NCBI RefSeq assembly: GCF_001194135.2
Contig: NC_068987.1
Coordinates: 92,964,689 to 93,027,891 of the forward strand
Reading direction: 5' to 3'
Source of the DNA: Octopus bimaculoides
Taxonomy: Eukaryota
DNA length: 63,203 nucleotides
The notes beneath the pieces are model-generated. The model searched no databases and was not told the origin of the DNA. It was given only the letters and a program-made list of their open reading frames with translations. Below are positions 52,016 through 63,203 of this stretch, piece after piece. Made by a program: the position numbers and the translations under genes. Every line of letters begins with the position of its first letter. Position 1 is the stretch's first letter.

Positions 52016-53374
52016 GCGTAATTTAATGATTAAAATACTAAAGTGAATAGTTCTAGTTTATGACTTAATGATGGAGACGGATATCATAAGTGGAGTAAAT
52101 TTCGATGAAACGCATGCATCTATTATGAAAAGACAATTGAATTCGTAAAGGTAATGAGATGTCGTTGTGCATGGAAAGAGAAATCAAATAAAGAAACCAT
52201 AAATTCCAATATGACAGATATTCATTTCGTGAAAACTTTTGGGTGACAAAAGTATTATAGCTACGTAGAAGCAGGGGTAACATGGTGTATAAAATATGAG
52301 AGCTACCATGGTTATTGATATATAGAAGAATTATTTCCCATTTGAACGTTAATTTCTAAATGTTACTTCGTTTTTGTAAAGATGTCACAGAATTGCTAAT
52401 GCACACACACATACACAAACACACAAGCGGTGAGCAGGTGTACACATATAGTCTTTCGCACACACACGCACTAACTCATACACACACAGACACAAACTCT
52501 CCCTTTACTTTCACCCTTACCTTCTTTTCTAAGCAAGCACTCATTTACATACGTACCTACAGGTGTGTATACACACAGGCATAAGACCAACTCTCGGTTA
52601 GACTCAGAGCAAACAGTGAAGAAACGGAGCAAGTCATTTCGTAGCAAATAACGACGAAAGAACTTTCACTGACAAACAACTGATTGATTTTTTAACTAGC
52701 GCATTAAACAAACGATCGATTTGTTAGGTGGTTAGATATTTAACCAACTGGTTAACAATAAAGATGAGGTATTGAACCAGTACGTGTGATCAATATTGCT
52801 GTCAAGTCTCTCCTAAGACAATAGAATATTCTAAATGACAGTGGAGATATTAAATTTAAGTCTATTTTGCAGTTAAAAGTAGAATCTATAAGTATTAAGA
52901 TATTAGAGGAGATAGAAAAATAGAAATTGCTAACTCTAATATTTGAGAGTGTAAACCAATTATCAGTGTATAACTCTAATAGAGATGTAAATATGATGGA
53001 TACTGTCCAGCAGAATTTAGAAAAATACTTATGACAAGAAGAACGTTAGACCAAGTGCTGCGAAGTAAAGTGAAATTAAATAATTTTAGATAAGTAAAAA
53101 CTATATATAATATGATATTAAATCTAAAATGAATGCTAATATCCGAGAAATGATGAGATGAAATATATGATATAAATGTACTCACATAGGGATATTTATG
53201 ACCAACATAAATATATTAAAAGATATATATGTAGGTATATATATATGCATGTTGTGTTCGAGGTTCATATTGCAGAGGTTCATGTTACTGACAATCACAT
53301 ATAAAAACATACACCATCGATGCATGAATGTGTAAACACATAGTTGGACTAACGCCATTAAAACAGATTTATTT

Positions 53375-53389
53375 TGTTTATTATTATTA

Positions 53390-53459
<70 letters not shown>

Positions 53460-53503
53460 CATCATTATTATTATTATTATTATTATTAATATTATTATTA
53501 TTA

Positions 53504-53565
<62 letters not shown>

Positions 53566-53585
53566 ATTATTATTATTATATGTAT
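53375..53585. repeat. (ATT)n microsatellite
   Basis: Seen directly. Confidence 0.95.
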
Positions 53586-53591
53586 TATAAT

Positions 53592-53699
53592 TTCTGCGTT
53601 CAGATTGCGCCGAGGTCGACTTTACCTTTTATACTTTCAGAGGCAGTACACTGTGCCCTCCCCAAAAATGTCGGGCCTAGAATAGAAAATAATATTACT
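53592..53699 (+). mobile_element. SINE family A fragment
   Basis: GTTCAGATTGCGCCGAGGTCGACTTTACCTTT plus tail AAAAATGTCGGGCCTAGAATAGAAAAT. Confidence 0.65.
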
Positions 53700-54419
53700 N
53701 NNNNNNNNNNNNNNNNNNNNNNNNNNNNNNNNNNNNNNNNNNNNNNNNNNNNNNNNNNNNNNNNNNNNNNNNNNNNNNNNNNNNNNNNNNNNNNNNNNNN
53801 NNNNNNNNNNNNNNNNNNNNNNNNNNNNNNNNNNNNNNNNNNNNNNNNNNNNNNNNNNNNNNNNNNNNNNNATATATATACATGTATATATAAAATATAG
53901 ACGTATACATACAATGCATACACGAATTCTTAAACATATGCACACACTAAACATACATTCCCAAAAATAGAATAGATATGCGCACACAAGCATACACACA
54001 CATATGTGTGTGTGAATGTGTGTTTACTTGTATCTATGCATGTTACCTACACAAATAATAAAAAAGTTTTGCATCATTTACCAAATTCTGTACCGAATAA
54101 GATAAGCGAATCGTTCCGAGAAACTCCGCCCGTAATATTTGGCTAGATCTCGACAAGTGATAGTCTTGTTGGTGCGAAAAATCTTTTATTGGTTATGACG
54201 TTTTAATTTTTCTGTCTACATTGCAGTAGACGCACGCCACGTACTGCTTTTCTGTTTTTTTTTTTTTTTTACTATTTCTGCCTGTGTTTTAAACATTTTT
54301 TTTGTTGTATTTAGTGGTTCAAATTTCTATCAACCATATGTTACCGTGTCAACCTAATTCTTGAAATCAACACATACATTACAAATATTGATAAGGATTA
54401 TATACGTTTCCCATCGCCC

Positions 54420-54454
<35 letters not shown>

Positions 54455-54457
<3 letters not shown>

Positions 54458-54950
54458 GATGGGGTACCCCCAAAAAACTGGAATTTTCCAATATTGTTTT
54501 ATTGACTTAGTTTTACATGTTTATATTTTTACCGACTTCAAGGTGTTCTTCATTGAAGCAATACATCAGTCCAGGCGCGTTTCTACTTTTTGAAGCAGCC
54601 GTGGAATTCTTGCAAGGTGATGTCTTTTAACGCCTCTGTCGTTTTTTCTACTCACCTCTTCCTTCCATATCTGCAAAACGTTTTCCTGGAAACACTTTTC
54701 ACATTCGGTAAAACAAAACAAAAACAGAAGTCGCAGGAAGCTAGATCGGGCGAATAGAAAGGGTGGGTACACGAGGCACTAATTGTGCTAGAAATCTTTT
54801 CATTCAGATTTCCTCGCGCAAAATTTACTGGCAGAAGCTCTAGGACACACCAGTCATGTCAACAATTTCATCAACTGTTCAATGACGGTCTTCCGTTATC
54901 AGCTCGTGTATTTTCGTGATGTTTGTTATAACTGGACATAAAAATTAACA
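54455..54950 (-). mobile_element. Mariner remnant with internal deletion of the catalytic core
   Basis: Minus strand: KIHELITEDR..TVDEIVDMTGVS...LVPR joined directly to HP(F)YSPDLASCDF...KTTEALKDITLQEFHGCFKK; TIR-like end GATGGGGTACCCCCAAAAA next to (TA)n. Confidence 0.8.
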
Positions 54951-54954
54951 TTAC

Positions 54955-56533
54955 GGGGCGCCACCTGGCCGACCGATTCGCGGAATACCTCCGAGACATC
55001 AACGTTGGCAATGACACCCCGGTGTCACGCCATTTCCGTTCTGCCGGTCACTCTTTGCAGCAACACCTGTCCGTGTTTGGATCGTCCATGCACAGGGGCC
55101 ATCCGGACTCCCGTTTGCGTCGTGAACAGGGATTAACCTTCTCTCTTCGCTCCTTTGCGCCACATAGGCTCAGCTCCCCTCCCCTCTTCATCTNNNNNNN
55201 NNNNNNNNNNNNNNNNNNNNNNNNNNNNNNNNNNNNNNNNNNNNNNNNNNNNNNNNNNNNNNNNNNNNNNNNNNNNNNNNNNNNNNNNNNNNNNNNNNNN
55301 NNNNNNNNNNNNNNNNNNNNNNNNNNNNNNNNNNNNNNNNNNNNNNNNNNNNNNNNNNNNNNNNNNNNNNNNNNNNNCCCCCACCTCCCCTCCTGCCCCG
55401 ACTCCTACTTCTCTGACGTCCCTTCACCCTCTTCACTCCTACTTCTCTTTACTCCTACCTCTCTTCATTCCTACTTCTCTTCATTCTTACTTCTCTTCAC
55501 TCCTACTTCTCTTCACTCCTATTTCTCTTCCTACTTTTCTTCATTCCTAGTTCTCTTCACTCCCACTTCTCTTCACCCCTACTCTTTCTCTCCTCTCTCT
55601 TACTCTCTCTCACTCTCTTCTCTCTTACTCTCTCCTCTCTCACTCTTACTCTCTTGCTCTCTCACCCTTACTCTCTTACTCACTCTCACTCTCTTCTCTC
55701 TTCCTCTCTCTCTCACTCTCTTCTCTCTTACTCTCTCTCTCTCACTCTCTTCTTTCTTTCCCTCTCACTCTCACTCTCACTCTCTTCTCTCTCACTCTCT
55801 TCTCTCTCACTCTCTTCTCTCTCACTCTCTTCTCTCTCACTCTCTTCTCTCTCACTCTCTTCTCTCTCACTNNNNNNNNNNNNNNNNNNNNNNNNNNNNN
55901 NNNNNNNNNNNNNNNNNNNNNNNNNNNNNNNNNNNNNNNNNNNNNNNNNNNNNNNNNNNNNNNNNNNNNNNNNNNNNNNNNNNNNNNNNNNNNNNNNNNN
56001 NNNNNNNNNNNNNNNNNNNNNNNNNNNNNNNNNNNNNNNNNNNNNNNNNNNNNNNNNNNNNNNNNNNNNNNNNNNNNNNNNNNNNNNNNNNNNNNNNNNN
56101 NNNNNNNNNNNNNNNNNNNNNNNNNNNNNNNNNNNNNNNNNNNNNNNNNNNNNNNNNNNNNNNNNNNNNNNNNNNNNNNNNNNNNNNNNNNNNNNNNNNN
56201 NNNNNNNNNNNNNNNNNNNNNNNNNNNNNNNNNNNNNNNNNNNNNNNNNNNNNNNNNNNNNNNNNNNNNNNNNNNNNNNNNNNNNNNNNNNNNNTAGCTC
56301 TCCTGTGTGAAATTTCTAACTTCCGGTCAGTCATTACTATGATTGACCGTTGACCGAACACTATTCAAATTTTTTTCTCCGTGTTTTTCTCCTTGTCTCC
56401 GTATTCTTACTGTTGAAGAGCGTAGCTCGAAACGTTAAAGACTTTCCGTATTCCCGAGCGTCATACTAATACATCCATTTGTTGTTTACACCACCTGTCC
56501 TCGTCTGTTGTTGTTCTTTCGTACATTCCCCCT

Positions 56534-56535
<2 letters not shown>
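54955..56535 (+). mobile_element. Penelope-like element 3' part: GIY-YIG C-terminus, pyrimidine-rich tract and pLTR with hammerhead motif
   Basis: GRHLADRFAEYLRDINVGNDTPVSRHFRSAGH...RLRREQGLTFSLRSFAPHRL; CT-rich expansion; CTGTTGA-A-GAGC-gta-GCTC-GAAACGTT-AAAGA at 56410-56441; ends at (TA)n. Confidence 0.82.
56405..56441 (+). ncRNA. Degenerate minimal hammerhead motif (A6U)
   Basis: TCTTA-CTGTTGA-A-GAGC-GTA-GCTC-GAA-ACGT-T-AAAGA; palindromic stem III ACGT; stem I TCTT:AAGA. Confidence 0.55.
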
Positions 56536-56571
<36 letters not shown>

Positions 56572-56722
56572 CCTGCGCCGACATCTTTTGTTTTCTGCAT
56601 ATCTGTATAGCGTACATATGTATATTTCAGTGAGTATATATTGTATTTATATATTTGTGTGCATTTTCATACGAGTGGATACATATTCACATATGTATAG
56701 TTGTGCATGTATATGGATATAA

Positions 56723-56755
<33 letters not shown>

Positions 56756-56812
56756 CGTGTGTGTGTGTGAGAGAGAGAGAGCGTGTGTGTGTGAGAGAGA
56801 GAGAGAGAGCGC

Positions 56813-56893
<81 letters not shown>

Positions 56894-56894
56894 T

Positions 56895-57705
56895 GTGACA
56901 AGTGACAAATTTTGGTATCGTGGTTTTATCAAGTATCTTCAAAAAATGGGTTTAGCATCCAAGCACTTCAAGGTTGCAGCATTAGGGGATCACGCTCCAG
57001 CGTTGTCAATAGTACAAAAGTGAGCAGCTGAATTTATGAGGGGACGAGAGAGTCTTGATGATGACCCAAGGTTTGGATATCCTGCAGCTGTCACCAGAGA
57101 GGAAGACATTGATTGTATTCACTATCTAGTGATGCATGAGAGGCGACTCGATTTAAAATAGAATGGCCAAAGCTAATAACATATCTGCAACCTGAACTTC
57201 GTATGTCGAAAGTATTCTGGTCGGTGGATGGCGCATATTCTGATACACAGTAAATAGCGCACCGTATTGATTACGCCGCAAGAAAAATCTTACGTTGTTT
57301 GAGGTAGACCCAGCTGGTTTCTTTGAATGATTCCGAACACAGGATGAGTGTTAGGTTCATCACTTTGGGCTAGAGAGACAAAGAGATAAACAGGAGGTGA
57401 AAAGTGCTCTCCTCAGCTACTCCAAAGAACGCGACTGCCGATTTCTCTTCAAAGAAGATGATGGCCTCAGAATTTGAGGATGCAAAAGGCATTGTGTTTA
57501 TTGACAGCATTGAAAAGGGTGACACCATCAAGCGGGAGAGTGCGATGCCAACTTACTGAAGAAGTTACGAAAGGCTATCAAGACGGATGAAAACTGAGGA
57601 AATGGGTCACCTTTCATCAGGACAATGATCCAGCAGACGAGTCCTTACATTCAATGGCACCTGTGCGCCACAGTGTCATTGATATATGCACACCCACACT
57701 TTCAC
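56895..57705 (+). mobile_element. Mariner transposase pseudogene
   Basis: DKFWYRGFIKYLQKMGL...GDHAPALSIVQK*AAEFMRGRESLDDDPRFG; QDEC*VHHF; DAKGIVFID; FHQDNDPA; many stops. Confidence 0.88.
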
Positions 57706-57708
57706 AGA

Positions 57709-57769
<61 letters not shown>

Positions 57770-58930
57770 NNNNNNNNNNNNNNNNNNNNNNNNNNNNNNN
57801 NNNNNNNNNNNNNNNNNNNNNNNNNNNNNNNNNNNNNNNNNNNNNNNNNNNNNNNNNNNNNNNNNNNNNNNNNNNNNNNNNNNNNNNNNNNNNNNNNNNN
57901 NNNNNNNNNNNNNNNNNNNNNNNNNNNNNNNNNNNNNNNNNNNNNNNNNNNNNNNNNNNNNNNNNNNNNNNNNNNNNNNNNNNNNNNNNNNNNNNNNNNN
58001 NNNNNNNNNNNNNNNNNNNNNNNNNNNNNNNNNNNNNNNNNNNNNNNNNNNNNNNNNNNNNNNNNNNNNNNNNNNNNNNNNNNNNNNNNNNNNNNNNNNN
58101 NNNNNNNNNNNNNNNNNNNNNNNNNNNNNNNNNNNNNNNNNNNTATATATAAATATATATATATATCCCTGTGTGTATGTGTGTAAGTGTGTAAGTGTGT
58201 GTGTATATATGTGTGTGTGTTTGTGTGTGTATGTTTGGGTATCTGAGTGTTTTTTGTGCATGTGTATTTCTGTCTGTATCTGCGGGTGTCTCTTGGAGAA
58301 TACATTATCAATCTACCAGCTTCTGTTCGAGAAATGTGTGACCAGTTTCCATTTTTATGTTATGTCGCTTCCGATATCCGTAAGCCACAAAACGAACGAA
58401 GACAGAAGTAGACGAGGCCGAAACGGTTGGTCTGTGATGGGGCATAGTGTGTATCATTAGATGATCAGAATAAAATCGAAAAGCGATCAAAGGTTTATAA
58501 GAAGCATACAGAGTTGTGAAATTCTTGTTCTTTGCTTTCAACTATCGATTTGTTCTCTGTTGGCGTCTGCTGCTTCGTCTTAGATATATTGGAATTCCTG
58601 TTCTGTGAGTGCTTTTATATGCCTTGCATTATTACACCTGATATTCGGTGCAACAACAAGTACCTAGACATTATATCAAATAGTTTTGTTACATTTTCGT
58701 CTCAAAAATGTTGTACTACCTCAGTAAGAACTTATCAGAATTTGTGATGGTTAGAATGTGTGCTGGGCTTCGTAGCTACAAAATATTTTTGGTTGCAGAA
58801 TATTTCAGTTCGGTGGAGAGAAACAAAGCTTGTTATTTGGGCATCAATACATTTGTAGGCTTTATTTATATACCAAGACATGTAGCACATAAGTTGATTT
58901 AGTCATTTATATATACATATACATACATAA

Positions 58931-58972
<42 letters not shown>

Positions 58973-59648
58973 NNNNNNNNNNNNNNNNNNNNNNNNNNNN
59001 NNNNNNNNNNNNNNNNNNNNNNNNNNNNNNNNNNNNNNNNNNNNNNNNNNNNNNNNNNNNNNNNNNNNNNNNNNNNNNNNNNNNNNNNNNNNNNNNNNNN
59101 NNNNNNNNNNNNNNNNNNNNNNNNNNNNNNNNNNNNNNNNNNNNNNNNNNNNNNNNNNNNNNNNNNNNNNNNNNNNNNNNNNNNNNNNNNNNNNNNNNNN
59201 NNNNNNNNNNNNNNNNNNNNNNNNNNNNNNNNNNNNNNNNNNNNNNNNNNNNNNNNNNNNNNNNNNNNNNNNNNNNNNNNNNNNNNNNNNNNNNNNNNNN
59301 NNNNNNNNNNNNNNNNNNNNNNNNNNNNNNNNNNNNNNNNNNNNNNNNNNNNNNNNNNNNNNNNNNNNNNNNNNNNNNNNNNNNNNNNNNNNNNNNNNNN
59401 NNNNNNNNNNNNNNNNNNNNNNNNNNNNNNNNNNNNNNNNNNNNNNNNNNNNNNNNNNNNNNNNNNNNNNNNNNNNNNNNNNNNNNNNNNNNNNNNNNNN
59501 NNNNNNNNNNNNNNNNNNNNNNNNNNNNNNNNNNNNNNNNNNNNNNNNNNNNNNNNNNNNNNNNNNNNNNNNNNNNNNNNNNNNNNNNNNNNNNNNNNNN
59601 NNNNNNNNNNNNNNNNNNNNNNNNNNNNNNNNNNNNNNNNNNNNNNNN

Positions 59649-59681
<33 letters not shown>

Positions 59682-60435
59682 TAATGCTTTGTCGAATAAG
59701 AATTTTCAATATTTTATTAGACGAATTGGTTGATTTTACTGAACATTAGATGTAATGCCCCATTCTGTGTCTTTATACTCTCAGATCAAATTCTACGAAA
59801 ATCCTCAGGCAGACCCATGCCGGTAGATCGTGTGAATATATGAAACTTCGAATGATATATCTTGTGATATGCGGGCTGGTTGTCAAAGCAGAAATTCCTT
59901 CCACTGTCACTGGAAAATACAAATCTGAGTGTGGGTCGAAATGGTGATATTCTTTGCTCTTGTGCCTTAGTGTTTTCTGTAACAATTCTCATGCAAGGCC
60001 AGATACTGGCTGGTGATTATGTATGAACATCAGATCCTATGAACGTGACGCTCGATGAAATGTTAAAAACTGTTATAAAGAGTTAAGGGGCATATTTTAT
60101 CAGCTGCAATTTCGTATGTAAATATAATTGAATCTTATTCAGAAAAAATGGAGAGGCATGTTGAAGCGTCTTGAAATGTTTCCTACTATTCACAACTTTT
60201 TATGATATTTTAATTCTCAGAATTATCAAAATTATGATATCTAACGCTTAGGAAATGCCATGCAAATTGTTCGAATAACTGACTGTCCGTAAATGTTAAA
60301 TGAAATAATTCAGTACCAGAATGTATTTTGCATGATGATCTAAGGATGCTAATAAGCATGAATTTAAATTGATCCCCGAAAAAAGAAATTCAAAGTATAT
60401 AATCTACTACTGCAAGAAACATATTTATAGAATAC

Positions 60436-60650
60436 AAAGCAACGAGCTGGCTGAATCTGTAGCATGTCGGACAAAATGCCGAGCAGCATTTCGTCCGTTT
60501 TTATGTTCTGGGCTGAAATTCTACAGAGCTCGATTTCGACAGTCATCGTTACGGTGTCGATAAAATAAGTACCACTTGTGCACAGGAGTCAATCTAATCA
60601 GCTTCCCCTCCCGGAACGTGTTGACCTTGTGCAAAAATAGGAAACCGATA
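60436..60650 (+). mobile_element. SINE family A, diverged copy
   Basis: AAAGCAACGAGCTGGCTGAATC head; GTCGATAAAATAAGTACC body; TTGACCTTGTGCAAAAATAGGAAA tail. Confidence 0.7.
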
Positions 60651-61559
60651 TTTATAGGTTCTCTGTTAACACACTATATATAACAATAGTACTTACTATG
60701 AATAAGAACATTGCAACTTCCGTGGTAGGTTTTTTAGTACTTTTAATAGATTTCTTGCGGTAAATTCTCTGTCACTTAGCTCTCGGCTTTAGCCGTGATC
60801 AAAGTGTGATGTTTTCCATCCTGTTTCGATAAATACTCTACCATTAAAGTACAAGAATCGTTCCTTAATAAAAATGCATCATCAAGGAGCAAATTTACTA
60901 GTGTTCGACCGAGATATGTTTTATGGATGGACTGTATTTAAAAATACAATATAAAACGGAGGGAGAGGAGCGAAAATCATCCCTGCAGTGGGTAGTGAGA
61001 ATAGCACAACCAGTCTTGCCTCGCTGGACGTTATCCATAACGTTTTTGATTATTACTTGTTTTTATTAAGCCAGGGGGCTTTTCTCATAAGTAGTGAATG
61101 TTTATTCGCTGTTTTCCTATATAAAGGCGGGCGCTAAATTCCGTCTTCTCAAGATATAGCTGCCTATGAGTGTAGGTTATCGGCAGCGCCCAGGGTAATA
61201 GAAATGTTTCTGACGTCTTCGTTTCCTACCGATATGTTTTTAAAGCAACACGACCATAAGTGGTATGATCACCAGACTAATATCACTGAAGATTTAGCCC
61301 TCGATGATTTATTTGTATGAAATATCAAAAATAGATGGCTATTTTAATCTAATATTGCTTCTGTTGCATAACATCGAATGTACGCGTGTGCACTGAGATA
61401 TGTGTGTATATATATGTATGCAACTTTATCTAATAATATATTCAAATATTAAAGAAACTCTATTAAATAATCTTAAATTTCGCCACCCTCCCTAACAGTC
61501 CTTCACGGATATGACTAGTTTTAAAACCTCAGGCAAAGTGCCACTTAACGAACTTCATA

Positions 61560-61800
61560 TCACAACACACGTGTTAATCGTCTTTGCTATTGTCATCTTC
61601 CTCTTTATCCTCTTCACCATCACCCCCACCATCATCTCCACTATCATCATAATCATCATCGTCGTCGTCGTCATCGTCGTCGTCATCATCGTCGTCGTCA
61701 TCATCGTCGTCGTCGTCGTCGTCGTCATCATCATAATCATCATCATCATCGTCGTCGTCTTCATCATCGCCGTTGTCATCGTCGTCATGACAACTTCGCA
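61560..61800. repeat. (ATC/GTC)n degenerate microsatellite
   Basis: Seen directly; gives poly-Asp/Val/Thr pseudo-ORFs. Confidence 0.9.
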
Positions 61801-62242
61801 ATCATGATCGATGAAAAGCAATATTATTATTTATTTCTTTTTTAAAAATTTATACGCTTATCGTTCAACTTTTGTTTGCCTGCAATATTTAATTTCTAAT
61901 GTATCAAAATAATGTAATATTTATCAAGAGGATTGGCTTCAGTATGGAATTATTGTAGAAATTAAACACACCTCATGCCAGTTAATTAATTTTCAGCTTG
62001 TGTGAAATGAGTCTGTTTATTTTGTTGTAAGAAATATTTTTCACCAGTTTCATATGTGTGGCGTCTGATTCTTCGCGTATCTGTACTAGTTTATTCTGGT
62101 TCCCGATTCTCCCAACCTAAACAAATTGCAGAGTGCTTACTGTTGCAATTCACTCCTTGTTAAAGGAATTGCAATTTTTAGTAATTATCAATGGGTATAT
62201 TTTACAGTCGTTACTTTTTTTAAGAAAAATATTTATTTTTAT

Positions 62243-62440
62243 GAAGGCAGCGAGCAGACAGAAACGTTAGCACGCCGGGCGAAATGCTTAACGGTATTTC
62301 GTCTGCCGCTACGTTCTGAGTTCAAATTCTGCCGAGGTCGAATTTGCCTTTCATCCATTCGGGATCGATTAAATAACTCTGGGGTTGATGTAATCAACTA
62401 GCTGCCTCCCCCTTAATTACTGCCACAATTTGAAACCGAA
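62243..62440 (+). mobile_element. SINE family A copy
   Basis: AAGGCAGCGAGCAGACAGAAACGTTAGCACGCCGGGCGAAATGCTT...GAGTTCAAATTCTGCCGAGGTCGAATTTGCCTTTCATCC. Confidence 0.88.
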
Positions 62441-63203
62441 ATTTTCTTTTATAATCACATTAACTTTCATTTCATTATAATAAGTCCTAATCTCCAGGAT
62501 TCATATTATTGCTTGCTTGCTTTAGCTACTACATCAATCAGAATGAACAGTCTTCATTTTTGGTGATCCATTACTATAAGATCCACTTGATTACAGTTTA
62601 TGCGTGTGTATATATAGCCATGTCGACAGTGTGTACAGTTCGTATAAACATAAAACATTCCATGATGATGACGTCATGAGACATTTATAACATTTCTAGA
62701 AAGCATGGAATGATTAGATTTGGAAAAGTGGATTTCAAGTCTCACCTAAAGCTATAAATAATAACTCGTTCAAAGCCTACGGGATTTTCTACTTTTTCTA
62801 TCTGAAAGGGTTTTCTATCCGAATATTTTCATGCTATTCTTTATAGCGGTATGTTTGAGGATAGAGACCTTCAGAGTCCCTATTTCAAAGAAGAGCAATT
62901 GTATGAGGTATGTATATACACATCCACACACATGCAGTCTTTCTCTCTCTCACTCCATCTCTTTCTGTATATATATATATATATATATATATTGAAGGGC
63001 ATTCTGTCGTGGGGCTGATAATTTCTGAACCACATGATACCTTCTATCATGGCACCTACAAGAAGTTTTGACTAAATGTCAACTCAGTCCATTTTGCCAT
63101 GTAAAACGCTGGAAATTTTATCGCGAATAATTATTAATGTAACGAGAGGGAGATGAATACTGAAATTATAGACTCATACGTTCGTCAGTATATGCCAAGG
63201 AAA

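Noticed and set aside
61110-61200. TATA-like CCTATATAAAG followed by a possible donor CAGG|gtaata
   Set aside because: A TATA match alone in AT-rich DNA is not informative and no downstream gene is identifiable.
61511-61821. Poly-Asp acidic ORF suggestive of a biomineralisation protein
   Set aside because: Pure GAT/GAC microsatellite of a type scattered through the window (also 20240-20420, 28560-28690); no signal peptide or exon structure.

Overview
AT-rich, gap-ridden animal genomic DNA. The SINE families and microsatellite load strongly suggest an octopus/cephalopod draft assembly (inference from recalled repeat families; no search run). No host gene can be named: only a few weak exon candidates are visible, and most long ORFs in the track are artefacts of microsatellites and N gaps. 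Identifiable content is mostly decayed mobile DNA: several R4/Dong-like restriction-endonuclease LINE pieces, a Hero-like LINE, a near-complete Penelope-like element (RT + GIY-YIG), further Penelope-like 3' ends with degenerate minimal hammerhead motifs, three mariner remnants, a piggyBac-type MITE and many SINEs. The most notable signal is at 23155-23631 (minus strand): two direct repeats 351 bp apart, each carrying a type I hammerhead ribozyme fold (extended stem I, UAC bulge, CAAUGA loop 2, palindromic stem III, GUC site). This is the layout of a retrozyme that would release a 351-nt, potentially circular RNA. A third, degenerate hammerhead-like motif with the same CAAUGA loop lies about 260 bp away on the opposite strand.
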